Assembly (NCBI GenBank): GCA_965223325.1
Contig: CBDCWI010000002.1
Span: 3,456,001-3,520,000, forward strand
Direction of reading: 5' to 3'
DNA from: Candidatus Multivoradales bacterium
GTDB taxonomy: Bacteria > Acidobacteriota > Thermoanaerobaculia > Multivoradales > Multivoraceae
DNA length: 64,000 nt
The notes below the pieces were generated by a model. That model ran no database searches. It saw nothing but the letters and a program-made list of their open reading frames with translations, and was not told where the DNA came from. The stretch's first letter is position 1; the number at the start of each line of letters is the position of its first letter. Of this stretch, positions 49,354 through 62,695 are shown piece by piece. The position numbers were made by a program, and so were the translations under genes.

Positions 49354-49575
49354 GTCGACCCGCGGCCATCCTTGCGCACCCGCAAACTTTTTTTTGCTGA
49401 CTCGGATCGCGTAAGTTTCCGTGCTGCGTCACCTTACGCCGAACGACAAGTGCACCTGGGATAATTTCTCTCTTCAAGACGTTCCCACGCCGTGCATCGC
49501 GTGGTATGTTGCCCCTCCTTCGCGGCGCATCCATTGATTCAGTTTGGGGAGTCGGTAGGTAACCGACAAAATCGT

Positions 49576-49606
49576 TTTTCCGCATTGAGGAAAACTCTGT
49601 GGAAAA
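49576..49606. promoter_or_regulatory. DnaA boxes upstream of dnaA
   Basis: TTTTCCGCA (49576), TGAGGAAAA (49586), TGTGGAAAA (49598). Confidence 0.65.
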
Positions 49607-49623
49607 AGACAGGTGGGGTGTAC

Positions 49624-50934
49624 ATGGCTGATTCGACGTGGATTGACCTCCTCGAGGTCATCCAGGACGAAGTACCTGCAGACGAGTTCAAGACGTGGTT
49701 TCGGCCCCTGGCCGTTGAGCACGAAGACCCGAACCGGTTGATCGTTCGAACTCCCAGTCGACGCTTTCGCAACGTGCTCGAAGAAAGCTACCGACCGCTG
49801 GTCAACCGCGCGATTGCGGGTGTCAAGGGCCAGGCCTACGAGGTCTTGTTCTCGGTCCAGGAAGAGCCGGAACGGCGCAGTGCCGCACGGCCGAGAAGCC
49901 GAAAGGCACATGCACCGACGACCCGCTTCAACTCCAAGTACAGCTTTGAATCGTTCGTGGTCGGTTCGTCCAATCAGTTTGCCCACGCCGCGGCGCGAGC
50001 CGTCGCAGAGAGTCCCGGTCAAAGCTACAACCCGCTCTTTCTCTACGGCGGAGTAGGACTCGGCAAGACTCACCTCCTGCACGCTGCGGGACAGGAAGTG
50101 CTGCGACGCAACCCTGGCACGCGCATTCTGTACCTGCCGGCCGAACAGTTCGTCAACGAGCTGATCAACTCGATCCGCTTTGACCGCATGCCGAAGTTCC
50201 GCGATCGCTATCGCACGATCGACGTTCTCCTGCTCGACGATGTGCAGTTCCTGGCCAACAAGGAACGTACCCAGGAAGAGTTCTTCCATACCTTCAACAC
50301 GCTCTATACGAGCCAGAAGCAGATCATCCTGTCTTCGGACTCGTCGCCACGGGACATCCCGATGCTCGAGGAGCGGCTGCGAAGTCGCTTCGAGTGGGGC
50401 TTGATCGCCGACATTCAATCTCCCGATCTGGAAACTCGAGTCGCGATCCTGCGCCGCAAGGCCGATCTGGATGGCATCGAGATGCCGCATGACCTGGCCT
50501 TGTTCATCGCCCAGCAGGTGCGCAGCAACATCCGTGAGCTCGAGGGATTGCTCAATCGGGTCGTTGCTTTCGCGTCTCTGACCGGTCGCAAGATCGATAT
50601 CGAGCTGGCGCGAGAGACCTTGAAGGACATCCTGCCGCAGACCGATCACCGAGTCACTGCCGCCAACGTCATCAAGACCGTTGCGCATCACTATGGCTTG
50701 AAGGTGCGCGAGATCAAGAGCAAGAACAACTCTCGCCAGATCGCCTTTCCGCGTCAGGTGGCGATGTTCCTGTGCAAGCGCCTCACCGACCTTTCCTTCC
50801 CGGAGATCGGTCGGCAGTTCAACGACAAGCACCACTCGACGGTGATGTATTCGGTCGAGAAGATCGAAAAGCTGCGACAGGAAGACCGTGACCTCGACCG
50901 CACGCTCGAGCGCCTGACGCGGCAACTCGCCTAG
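49624..50934 (+). CDS. dnaA: Chromosomal replication initiator DnaA
   Basis: [56 protein letters not shown]. Confidence 0.98.
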   Translation: MADSTWIDLLEVIQDEVPADEFKTWFRPLAVEHEDPNRLIVRTPSRRFRNVLEESYRPLVNRAIAGVKGQAYEVLFSVQEEPERRSAARPRSRKAHAPTTRFNSKYSFESFVVGSSNQFAHAAARAVAESPGQSYNPLFLYGGVGLGKTHLLHAAGQEVLRRNPGTRILYLPAEQFVNELINSIRFDRMPKFRDRYRTIDVLLLDDVQFLANKERTQEEFFHTFNTLYTSQKQIILSSDSSPRDIPMLEERLRSRFEWGLIADIQSPDLETRVAILRRKADLDGIEMPHDLALFIAQQVRSNIRELEGLLNRVVAFASLTGRKIDIELARETLKDILPQTDHRVTAANVIKTVAHHYGLKVREIKSKNNSRQIAFPRQVAMFLCKRLTDLSFPEIGRQFNDKHHSTVMYSVEKIEKLRQEDRDLDRTLERLTRQLA

Positions 50935-51273
50935 CTCGCGCCACCCGAAGGTGATCTCGCCAACCCTCGCTGCTGCCGGGGCCGCCCAACCCTTGAGGCT
51001 GGGCCGCGCCTCAGCGCATCCACCGCCGCGGTAAAGGTGGTGGAAAGCCTGTTGATAAAAGGGTCGGGCTGCGGAGGGCCTCAGCAATCCACATTCCTTC
51101 CGCATTTCATCCGCTCGTTCTCCGCAGGCTCTCCGCTGCCGGGTAAACAGTTCGCCCCTCGCTCAACTCACTCAGCCGGCGGTTCTTGCAGGATCGCTCC
51201 GAACTCTCCACCGCACCTACTCCTCCTACTACGACTACCTATATAGTCCCGTTCACTGAAAGGAGAGGGACCC
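50935..51273. other. oriC: Replication origin oriC (dnaA-dnaN intergenic)
   Basis: TGTTGATAA at 51050, five phased degenerate boxes 51085-51137, box 51204-51212 + GCACC + trios TAC TCC TCC TAC TAC GAC TAC (51218-51238) + TATATA. Confidence 0.85.
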
Positions 51274-52371
51274 ATGGAACTGCGGATCGATCGAGCCGAA
51301 TTGCTCACCGAGCTCGCCCCGATGCAGGGAGTCGTGGAGCGTAAATCGACGATTCCCGTTCTGTCTCACCTGCTGCTGCGGGTGCGCGACGGCAAGCTGC
51401 ACCTGGCTGCCACTGACCTGGACGTGTCGCTGACGTCCTGGTGTGAGGCAGACGCCCAGAGCGAAGGAGCTGTTGCAGTTCAGGCTCGCAAGCTGGTCGA
51501 GATCGTGCGCGCAATGGCCGGCGACCAGATCCATCTGGCGCTCGAAGACGGCAACCAGCTGCGTATTCGTTCCGGTGCTTCGGATTTTCGGATTCACGGG
51601 CTGTCTGCTGATGATTTTCCAAGCCTGCCCGAGGTGGGTGATGGCCCCGCGTTCAGTATTCCGGGCGTCGAGTTCAAGCGCCTGGTGTCGAAGATCTTGT
51701 TTGCGGTCTCGGCAGAGGAGTCACGCTTCCAGCTCAACGGTGCGCTCCTCAAGCTCAAGGGCGGTGGCGTTGAGATGGTGGCCACCGACGGTCACCGGCT
51801 GGCGCTCGTTGAAGCCGCCGAGGATGGCGCCAAAGAAGCCGAGGGGGTTCTGGTGCCGCGCAAGGCGCTTCAGGAGTTACAGCGCTTCGAGAGTGGCGAA
51901 GACGTGACCTTCCGGCGTTCTGAGCATCACCTTTCGTTCGCCGTCGGTCGCCGCGAGTTGATTTGTCGCATCCTCGAAGGCACCTTCCCGGACTACGAGA
52001 AGGTGATCTCAAAGGACAACGAACACATCGCCGTGTTCGAGAAGAGTTCGCTGGCCGACGTCGTCAGCCGCGTGGCGCTTCTGACCGGCGATCGGGCGCG
52101 AGCTGTACGCCTGCGCTTCGGTGAAGGTCAGCTCCAGGTTTCGGCACAGAATCCCGACCTCGGCGAGGCAAAAGAGGAGCTCGAGTGCAGCTACTCCGGG
52201 CCCGAGATCGAAATCGGCATCAACCCGGACTATCTGGGCCAGTTCCTCCAGGCCGTCGAGACGGACAAGGTCGAACTGCAGCTCAAGGACGAGCAGTCAC
52301 AGTGCGTCGGCGTGCCGGTCGAAGGCGCGGATGCGCGCTACCTGTGCGTCATCATGCCCATGCGCATCTGA
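51274..52371 (+). CDS. dnaN: DNA polymerase III beta clamp
   Basis: TIPVLS, ATDLD, VATDGHRLA, GTFPDY, IMPMRI. Confidence 0.98.
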   Translation: MELRIDRAELLTELAPMQGVVERKSTIPVLSHLLLRVRDGKLHLAATDLDVSLTSWCEADAQSEGAVAVQARKLVEIVRAMAGDQIHLALEDGNQLRIRSGASDFRIHGLSADDFPSLPEVGDGPAFSIPGVEFKRLVSKILFAVSAEESRFQLNGALLKLKGGGVEMVATDGHRLALVEAAEDGAKEAEGVLVPRKALQELQRFESGEDVTFRRSEHHLSFAVGRRELICRILEGTFPDYEKVISKDNEHIAVFEKSSLADVVSRVALLTGDRARAVRLRFGEGQLQVSAQNPDLGEAKEELECSYSGPEIEIGINPDYLGQFLQAVETDKVELQLKDEQSQCVGVPVEGADARYLCVIMPMRI

Positions 52372-52459
52372 TTCACACGCCTCCCCTTCCAGACCACGCG
52401 AGCGCGGCAGTGACTTCGGTGCAAGATGACCGGAGTCTCGGAGCGGACGGTGGGTTCGA

Positions 52460-53569
52460 ATGGCGCGCGTTGACGCCCTGACGGTCCGCGGGGTGCGCAA
52501 CCTCGCCGACCAGGAGTGGCAGCCGGGTGCCGGTGTCCAGCTGCTGCTCGGTGGAACCGGAGCGGGCAAGACGAGCCTCCTCGAGGCTCTCTACATCGTC
52601 GCCACGACCCGGAGCTTCCGGGCACAGCGTCTAGCCGACGTCCAGCGGCGCGAAGGCGCCCAGGAAGCGCCAACTTCGGAGCAGCAACCGGCAGAAGGCC
52701 TCTTTGTGCGTGCCGAGGTCCACGACGTCGGTCGGCGTACACGTCTCGAGACGGGCTGGAGCCGCAGAGCGGGTCTCGTGCGGTCGGTCAATGGGGACTC
52801 CTCGACCCTGGCTGAGCACCTGGCGGTCCTGCCGGTGCTCTGCTGGACCTCGGCCGATTCCGAAACCCTCACCGGCGAACCCGAGCTGCGTCGGCGGCTC
52901 ATGGACCGTGGAGTGGTCAACAAGCGCCCCCTTGATCTTGAACTGCTCGGTCGCTACCGGACGGTGCTTCAGCACAAACGCGGACTGCTCGAGCAACGCG
53001 GAGGCGGTCTGGAGGCCTGGAACGGCGTTTTCGCCTCGGCTGCGTCTGCTCTGGTGGCAGCGCGCGCGGCATATGTTGCAGACCTCGAGCGAGCGTTCTC
53101 CGGCGTTCTGGCTGCCACCTCGTTGGGGTGGGATCCCATGCAGTTCGAGTATCAACCCTCGCCTCGCGAGGCGCTCGACGGCGAAGAGGCGCTTCTGGCA
53201 GCTCTGGAAGCCGCGGCGGGCCGCGAGCGCGACGAGCGCCGGCCGCTCCTCGGGCCGCATCGAGACCGCCTCAAGCTGGTCTGGAAGGGCGAAGAGCTGC
53301 GCCGAGTGGCCTCGGCGGGAGAGCGCAAAGGAATCGGCCTCCTGCTTCTGGCAGCCCAGGCGCGGCTACTCCGGGAAGCCCAGCGGACCCCCATCCACCT
53401 CCTGGATGACGCCGATACCGAGCTCGACCGCGACTCCCTCGAGGCCCTCTGGCAGGTGGTCACCGAGGCCGATCAGACCTTCGTCACATCGAACCGCGGA
53501 GGGGTCTGGAAGGGGCTTTTGACGGCGCAGACCTGGAGGGTCGAAAAAGGGCGAATTTCAGGGGAATAA
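52460..53569 (+). CDS. recF: DNA replication/repair protein RecF
   Basis: VRNL, GGTGAGKTSLLEA, SFR, P..RRRLMD, GPHRD, LLDD..ELD; between dnaN and gyrB. Confidence 0.9.
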   Translation: MARVDALTVRGVRNLADQEWQPGAGVQLLLGGTGAGKTSLLEALYIVATTRSFRAQRLADVQRREGAQEAPTSEQQPAEGLFVRAEVHDVGRRTRLETGWSRRAGLVRSVNGDSSTLAEHLAVLPVLCWTSADSETLTGEPELRRRLMDRGVVNKRPLDLELLGRYRTVLQHKRGLLEQRGGGLEAWNGVFASAASALVAARAAYVADLERAFSGVLAATSLGWDPMQFEYQPSPREALDGEEALLAALEAAAGRERDERRPLLGPHRDRLKLVWKGEELRRVASAGERKGIGLLLLAAQARLLREAQRTPIHLLDDADTELDRDSLEALWQVVTEADQTFVTSNRGGVWKGLLTAQTWRVEKGRISGE

Positions 53570-53596
53570 CCCCTTTGTTTTCAAGCACTTAAACCC

Positions 53597-53626
53597 TTGT
53601 AAAACAGCAGTTTCACGTGCTAGAAT
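53597..53626 (+). promoter_or_regulatory. Candidate sigma70 promoter for gyrB
   Basis: TTGTAA-N18-TAGAAT with extended -10 TG, in an AT-rich patch. Confidence 0.55.
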
Positions 53627-53782
53627 AGGGGCCTACCTCGAGCGGGCTCAAACGGGTCTCGGAAGGGTCGATCCGGGGCCTTCTGGGGTCTCAAAAGCGG
53701 TGGTCTCAAGGGCGCCCTGGAGCTCTGGGCGAACCTCCCATCGATGGCTTCTCCAGGCATTGGGGAGGTCGAAGAATCCTAG

Positions 53783-56612
<2,830 letters not shown>

Positions 56613-56660
56613 GGCCACCCATCAGAACCCTCTTTCCCACCACCTTGACCACAAGCCCTT

Positions 56661-59216
56661 ATGAGCGAATCTGACGCTAAGGATCCTTCGGGATCGCCCC
56701 CACCTGAACCTCCCCTCGAGACGACGATCCCTGTCGATCTCGAGGATGAGATGAAGCGTAGTTATCTCGACTATGCGATGTCGGTCATCGTCGGTCGGGC
56801 GTTGCCTGATGTGCGCGATGGGTTGAAGCCGGTTCATCGCCGGGTGCTGTTCGGTATGTGGGAGCAGGGCAATCTGGCGAATCGGCCGTACAAGAAGTCG
56901 GCGCGCATCGTTGGTGATGTCATGGGTAAGTACCACCCGCATGGCGACAACGCGATCTACGACACGGTGGTGCGTATGGCGCAAGACTTCTCGCTGCGCT
57001 ATCCGATGGTCGATGGGCAGGGCAACTTCGGGTCGGTGGACGGTGACAACCCGGCGGCTATGCGCTACACCGAAGTGCGCATGACGCGCCTGGCGCAGGA
57101 GCTTCTGCGCGAGGACATCGACAAAGAGACCGTCGACTGGATTCCGAACTACGACGGCTCGGAGCAGGAGCCCGCGGTTCTGCCGGCGCGCTTTCCGAGC
57201 CTCCTGGTCAATGGGTCGGCGGGTATTGCGGTGGGCATGGCCACCAACATTCCGCCCCACAACCTCACCGAAGTCATTGCGGCGCTCAAGTTGATGATCG
57301 AGAACCCGCAGGTGACGCTCAAGGAGTTGATGGAGGCTCTGCCGGGGCCCGACTTTCCGACCGGCGGCACGATCAGCGGTGCGGCGGGTATTCAGAGCGC
57401 CTACGCCACCGGTCGCGGCACGGTGATCATTCGCTCGAAGGCGCACTTCGAGGAGCGGAAGGGCGACCGGGAGTCGATCGTCGTCACCGAGATCCCCTAC
57501 CAGGTCAACAAGGCGCGCCTGATCGAGAAGATCGCCGACCTGGTGCGCGACAAGCGCATCGAGGGCATCTCCGACCTGCGCGACGAGTCAGACCGCGATG
57601 GCATGCGCATCGTCATCGAGCTCAAGCGTGGTGTGATCGCCGATGTCATCCTCAACCAGCTCTACAAGATGAGCCAGCTGCAGGTCTCGTTCGGCATGAA
57701 CATGTTGGCGATCGTCGACGGCCAGCCCAAGCTGCTTGCCTTGCCAGACTTCTTGCGGCACTTCCTCGACCACCGCAAGACGGTGGTCATTCGGCGGGCA
57801 CGCTACGACCTTAGAAGAGCCGAGGAGCGCGCCCACATCTTGGAAGGGCTGCTCAAGGCGCTCGACCACATCGACGAGATCATCACCACGATTCGCCAGA
57901 GCGCCACTCCGCCCGAGGCCAAGGAAAGCCTCATCGAGCAGTTCGCGTTCAGCGCGGTTCAGGCGCAGGCGATTCTCGAAATGCGTTTGCAGCGCCTGAC
58001 CGGTCTCGAGCGCGATAAGTTGCTCGAGGAGTTCCAGACCCTTATGGCCGAGATCGAGCGACTACGCGCCATTCTCGGATCCGACCAGCTGGTGCTCGAG
58101 GAGATCAGCCGCGAGCTCGACGAGATCCTCGAGGCCTACGGCGACGAACGGCGATCCGAGATCGTTGCGACGACCGACGAGATCACCATCGAAGACATGA
58201 TCGCCGACGAAGACATGGTGGTCACGGTCTCGAACTCGGGCTATATCAAGCGCACGGCGCTCTCCGAGTACCGCGCCCAGGGGCGCGGTGGCAAGGGTCG
58301 CAAGGGCATGCAAACCAGGGATGAGGACTTCGTCGCCCACGTCTTTGTCGCTTCGGCGCACAGCTACCTCCTCGTGATTACCGACCGCGGTCAGATCTAC
58401 TGGCTCAAGGTCCATCGCATTCCCGAGGTCGGGCCGGCGGCGCGCGGCAAGGCGATCGTCAACCTGCTGCAGCTCGACGAGGAGAAGCTCGCTGCCGTCG
58501 TCGCGGTCAAGGAGTTTCCCGAAGATCGCTACCTCGTGTTTGCGACCGAGAAAGGCACGATCAAGAAGACCCCGCTCTCGGCCTACTCGCGACCGCGCCC
58601 GAGTGGAATCATCGCCATCCGCATTGACGACGACGACTCGCTTCTCAGCGTGCGCGTAGCCGATGGAGGTACCGACGTCTTCATGGCCACTGCGGCAGGC
58701 TACTCGGTGCGTTTCCCCGAAGACGACACCCGCGCCATGGGCCGCGTCGCGCGGGGTGTGCGCGGCATCAAGCTGCGCGAAGGCGACCGGGTGGTGTCGA
58801 TGGAGGTGCTCGAGGCCGAGGGCGACATTCTGACCGTTACCGAGAACGGTTACGGAAAGCGCACCCTCATGAGCGAGTACCGGCGCCAGGGTCGTGGTGG
58901 CCTGGGAATCATCAACCTCAAGGTCTCCGAAAAGACCGGGCAGGTTGTTGGCGCACGACAGGTCCTCGAGGAACAAGGCGCCATGCTGATCACCGAGGAA
59001 GGAAAGATCATTCGCATTACCGCGAGCGACGTTTCGAGGATCGGGCGCTCGACCCAGGGCGTCAAGGTCATGGACCTCGATGAGGGCGACACCCTGGTGG
59101 CGATGGCGAAGATTCCGGAGACCGAAGACGAAAACGAGGAAGGTTCTTCCGAGGAGCGTGCTTCCGAGGAGGGCGCGCCAGACGCTCCCAACGAGCCCGA
59201 CGAACCGGTCAACTAG
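56661..59216 (+). CDS. gyrA: DNA gyrase subunit A
   Basis: [29 protein letters not shown], GyrA-box QGRGGKG, acidic tail. Confidence 0.98.
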   Translation: MSESDAKDPSGSPPPEPPLETTIPVDLEDEMKRSYLDYAMSVIVGRALPDVRDGLKPVHRRVLFGMWEQGNLANRPYKKSARIVGDVMGKYHPHGDNAIYDTVVRMAQDFSLRYPMVDGQGNFGSVDGDNPAAMRYTEVRMTRLAQELLREDIDKETVDWIPNYDGSEQEPAVLPARFPSLLVNGSAGIAVGMATNIPPHNLTEVIAALKLMIENPQVTLKELMEALPGPDFPTGGTISGAAGIQSAYATGRGTVIIRSKAHFEERKGDRESIVVTEIPYQVNKARLIEKIADLVRDKRIEGISDLRDESDRDGMRIVIELKRGVIADVILNQLYKMSQLQVSFGMNMLAIVDGQPKLLALPDFLRHFLDHRKTVVIRRARYDLRRAEERAHILEGLLKALDHIDEIITTIRQSATPPEAKESLIEQFAFSAVQAQAILEMRLQRLTGLERDKLLEEFQTLMAEIERLRAILGSDQLVLEEISRELDEILEAYGDERRSEIVATTDEITIEDMIADEDMVVTVSNSGYIKRTALSEYRAQGRGGKGRKGMQTRDEDFVAHVFVASAHSYLLVITDRGQIYWLKVHRIPEVGPAARGKAIVNLLQLDEEKLAAVVAVKEFPEDRYLVFATEKGTIKKTPLSAYSRPRPSGIIAIRIDDDDSLLSVRVADGGTDVFMATAAGYSVRFPEDDTRAMGRVARGVRGIKLREGDRVVSMEVLEAEGDILTVTENGYGKRTLMSEYRRQGRGGLGIINLKVSEKTGQVVGARQVLEEQGAMLITEEGKIIRITASDVSRIGRSTQGVKVMDLDEGDTLVAMAKIPETEDENEEGSSEERASEEGAPDAPNEPDEPVN

Positions 59217-59307
59217 CGGCGCCTTGGCGCTCCCGGCCAGCCTGAGGCCCTGATACCCTCGGCTCCGTTCCTCCCATGTCCAGACAACCGAAGGAGACGG
59301 AGACCAA

Positions 59308-59964
59308 GTGCTCTTCTTTCTCGACACTGCGGATCTTGAAGAAATCGAGACCGGCCTCTCCTGGGGCATGGTCGACGGCATCACGACCAACCCGAGCCTG
59401 ATCGCCAAACAGGGCAAGCCCTATCTGCCGACCGTCAAGGCGATCACCGAACTCGTGCCCGGCCCGGTCAGTGGCGAGGTGCTGGCGACCGACGAGGAAG
59501 GCATGCTCGACCAGGGCCGTCGGCTGGCGGGGCTTGCCGACAACGTGGTCGTCAAGCTGCCCCTTGGGCCGGTGGGCTTGAAGGTCGCTCAGCAGCTGCA
59601 CGAAGAGGGCGCGAGAACCAACGTGACGCTCTGTTTCTCGGCCAACCAAGCGCTCCTGGCAGCCAAAGCCGGTGCAACCTACATTTCGCCCTTCGTCGGT
59701 CGTCTCGATGACGTTGGCCACGACGGAATGGAGCTGATTCGCGAGATCGTCCAGATCTACTCGAACTACAACTACCCAACGCAGGTCCTGGTGGCCTCGG
59801 TGCGCAACCCGCTGCACGTCACCCAGGCAGCCCTGATGGGCGGCGACGTGGTGACCATCCCGTTCAAGGTCCTCTCACAGCTCTACAAGCACCAGCTCAC
59901 CGACCTCGGGCTCGACCGCTTCCTCGCCGACTGGGAGAAGACCGGCCGCAGCTTCGACGACTGA
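59308..59964 (+). CDS. tal: Transaldolase (short FSA/TalC family)
   Basis: FLDTA, GITTNPSL, SGEV (Glu) and SPFVGR (Phe) indicate transaldolase rather than FSA. Confidence 0.9.
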   Translation: MLFFLDTADLEEIETGLSWGMVDGITTNPSLIAKQGKPYLPTVKAITELVPGPVSGEVLATDEEGMLDQGRRLAGLADNVVVKLPLGPVGLKVAQQLHEEGARTNVTLCFSANQALLAAKAGATYISPFVGRLDDVGHDGMELIREIVQIYSNYNYPTQVLVASVRNPLHVTQAALMGGDVVTIPFKVLSQLYKHQLTDLGLDRFLADWEKTGRSFDD

Positions 59965-59972
59965 CGAGAACC

Positions 59973-60695
59973 TTGATGGAAGCGCACGAGCGCTTCGAAG
60001 GCGGCCAGCTCTATCGCGCGGCCTGGGTCTTCTACCTGCTGCTGGCGACTGCCGGGATCGTCTGGGTCGGCCTGCGCGAGGGCCCGATTCCAGTCGAGCT
60101 CTTCTTCGACTCGTCTCGTTGGTGGATCGACCTGGCGCTCGGTGTTCTCGTCGGCGCTCTTCTCATCGGCTTCTCGTGGGGTGCGGAAGCCGTCGTGCCC
60201 GCCGCGCGCGGGCTGCGCGACATGCTGGTCGCGCGGCTGGGCCGGCTTCCTTCCGACGAGGTCCTCGGCATCGCCGTGCTCTCCGGTTTCGCCGAAGAAC
60301 TCTTCTTTCGGGGCGCCGTACAGGGGTCGCTCGGGTTATTGTGGGCGACGCTTCTGTTCGCCGTGCTACACGCCGGTCCCGGCCGCGGCATGGTCGCGTG
60401 GGCGCTCTTTGCAGCCGTCGCAGGCTTGGCCTTCGGTGGCATCATGGAGTGGACGGGCAACCTGCTTGCCCCGGTCACGGCCCACATGCTGGTCAACGCA
60501 GTGGGCCTGTGGCGCCTGGGCCGGCTGGCCGAGGAAGGCGTATCGCCCGAGGGCGCGGCGGAGTTCCCAGAGGCAGGGCCCTCGGAGACGGAACCTTCGG
60601 ACACAGAACCCTCGGAGAGGGCACCCTCGGAGAACGGGAGAGAGGGCGAGAACACGACTTCGAGACAGGGAGAGGCCGATGACAGAGACCCATGA
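59973..60695 (+). CDS. CPBP/Abi (CAAX-type) intramembrane protease
   Basis: AEELFFRG, FAVLH, AHMLVN. Confidence 0.88.
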   Translation: MMEAHERFEGGQLYRAAWVFYLLLATAGIVWVGLREGPIPVELFFDSSRWWIDLALGVLVGALLIGFSWGAEAVVPAARGLRDMLVARLGRLPSDEVLGIAVLSGFAEELFFRGAVQGSLGLLWATLLFAVLHAGPGRGMVAWALFAAVAGLAFGGIMEWTGNLLAPVTAHMLVNAVGLWRLGRLAEEGVSPEGAAEFPEAGPSETEPSDTEPSERAPSENGREGENTTSRQGEADDRDP

Positions 60696-62076
60696 CATCC
60701 TCGAACGGCTCGCGGGCCACGAAGAGCAGCACCTCGAGACGCTCCTCGACTACCTTCGTATTCCCTCTGTCTCGACGGATCCGGCCTACCGAGACGACGT
60801 TCGCCGCTGTGCTGGTTTCGTTCGTGACCAGATGATCGCCGCCGGGCTCGAGGCGCGCATCATCGAAGCCTCCGAGGCGGGAGTGCCCGAGGGGCACCCG
60901 CTCGTCTACGGTGAGTGGATGGGCGCACCCGGGAAGCCAACGCTCCTGTTCTACGGCCACTACGACGTGCAGCCGCCCGACCCTCTCGATGCGTGGGACA
61001 GCCCGCCCTTCGAGCCAACCATCACCGACGGCCGGATCGTTGCTCGCGGCGCGACCGACGACAAGGGGCAGTCGCTGACCCACGTCCTGGCGGTGGGCGA
61101 GTTGCTGTCGGCGCGCGGTGAGTTGCCAGTCAACGTGCGCTTCCTGGTCGAGGGCGAAGAAGAGGCCGGCGGCGAGACCATCGAAGCCTGGGTGCGTGGA
61201 GCCGGTCGCGACCGCCTCGAGGCCGATGCGGTCGTGGTTTCCGACACCTCAATGCTCGCTCCCGGCTGGCCGTCGCTCATCTACGGCCTGAAAGGCATGC
61301 TCTACACCCAGATCGACGTACGCGGGCCGAACCGGGACCTGCATTCGGGTAGCTTCGGAGGGGCGGTACAGAACCCCGGTAACGCCCTTGCGACGATCGT
61401 CGGCGCCTTGCGCGACCCGCACACCGGCCGCGTCCAGATCCCCGGCTTTTATGACGACGTTCTGCCGCTCGAAGACTGGGAGCGCGAAGGCTTTTCTGCC
61501 ATCGAGTTCGACGAGGAGGCCTACTGCGCCGAGATCGGTATACCGGTTGCTACCGGCGAACGCGGCTACAGCACGCGCGAGCGCGCCTGGGCGCGGCCGA
61601 CCTGTGACGTCAACGGCATGTGGGGTGGGTACTCGGGCGAAGGTGCCAAGACAATCATCCCGGCAAGCGCCGGCGCCAAGGTGTCGATGCGGCTCGTTCC
61701 CGGTCAAGACCCAGAGAAGATCGAGCGCCTCTTTCGCTCCTACGTCGAAGCGTTGACACCTGACGGCGTAGAAGTCGAGGTGACGGCGCTTTCGGCGGCC
61801 GAAGCGGTGCTCGTCGACGTCCAGGGGCCGATCGCCGAGGCCGCTCTTTCCGCCCTCGAAGACGAATGGGGGCGCGCCCCGGCGAAGGTTCGCGAAGGCG
61901 GCTCGATTCCGATCGTCGGCGACTTTGCACGCGAACTCGAAGCACCTGTCTTGCTGATGGGCTTCGGCCTTTCCGACGATCGACTGCATGCGCCCAACGA
62001 GAAGTTCGAGGTCGCGCACTTTCACGCCGGGATTCGCACCATCGCGCGCTTTATCGATCGGGTTGGTGCTCTCTGA
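60679..62076 (+). CDS. M20-family dipeptidase
   Basis: YGHYDVQP, RGATDDKG, EGEEE, DLHSG, GGSIP, HAPNE. Confidence 0.93.
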   Translation: MTETHDILERLAGHEEQHLETLLDYLRIPSVSTDPAYRDDVRRCAGFVRDQMIAAGLEARIIEASEAGVPEGHPLVYGEWMGAPGKPTLLFYGHYDVQPPDPLDAWDSPPFEPTITDGRIVARGATDDKGQSLTHVLAVGELLSARGELPVNVRFLVEGEEEAGGETIEAWVRGAGRDRLEADAVVVSDTSMLAPGWPSLIYGLKGMLYTQIDVRGPNRDLHSGSFGGAVQNPGNALATIVGALRDPHTGRVQIPGFYDDVLPLEDWEREGFSAIEFDEEAYCAEIGIPVATGERGYSTRERAWARPTCDVNGMWGGYSGEGAKTIIPASAGAKVSMRLVPGQDPEKIERLFRSYVEALTPDGVEVEVTALSAAEAVLVDVQGPIAEAALSALEDEWGRAPAKVREGGSIPIVGDFARELEAPVLLMGFGLSDDRLHAPNEKFEVAHFHAGIRTIARFIDRVGAL

Positions 62077-62095
62077 GTCGCCGAGGAAGACGCTC

Positions 62096-62695
62096 GTGGT
62101 AGGCGACGGCGATGCGGCAGGGCCCCAAGGAACAGCGGTCGAGCGTGAGCTCAAGATCGCAGTTGCACACGTCGACACGGTTCGCGCCGCGGTCGAGGCG
62201 GCGGGTGGCGAGTACCTGCACGGCCCGAGTTTCGAAGACAACGTGATCTTCGATCGCGACAGCCGGCTCTACTCGCGCAGCGAGGTCTTGAGATTGCGCA
62301 CCGACGACCGAGGCTCACGCCTGGCCTGGAAGGGCGCGGCGCACTTCGAGGACGGGGTCAAGGTCCGCGATGAGCACGAGGTGGCGCTCGATGACCCGGA
62401 CGCGATCACTGCCATTCTCATCGCCATTGGCTACCAGCCGGTGCGTCGTTATCAGAAGATTCGCGACGAGTGGCTTCTAGGCGGCTGTCACGTGGCCCTC
62501 GACCAGACGCCCATGGGCCACTACGTCGAGGTCGAAGGCGACGAGCCGGGCGCGGTCTTCGAACTCCTGGGCCTCGATCCAGAGCAGGCCGAGCCGCGTA
62601 GCTACCTCAGCCTCTGGAACGACCACCGCAAAGAAAACCCCGAGGAGGGTGAAGACATGCTCATGCCCGAGCCACCGGCGAGGGGTGCCTCATGA
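62096..62695 (+). CDS. CYTH-domain protein (class IV adenylate cyclase-like)
   Basis: ERELK, LRLR, WKG, R.EHE, YQKIR, EVEG, SY. Confidence 0.85.
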   Translation: MVGDGDAAGPQGTAVERELKIAVAHVDTVRAAVEAAGGEYLHGPSFEDNVIFDRDSRLYSRSEVLRLRTDDRGSRLAWKGAAHFEDGVKVRDEHEVALDDPDAITAILIAIGYQPVRRYQKIRDEWLLGGCHVALDQTPMGHYVEVEGDEPGAVFELLGLDPEQAEPRSYLSLWNDHRKENPEEGEDMLMPEPPARGAS

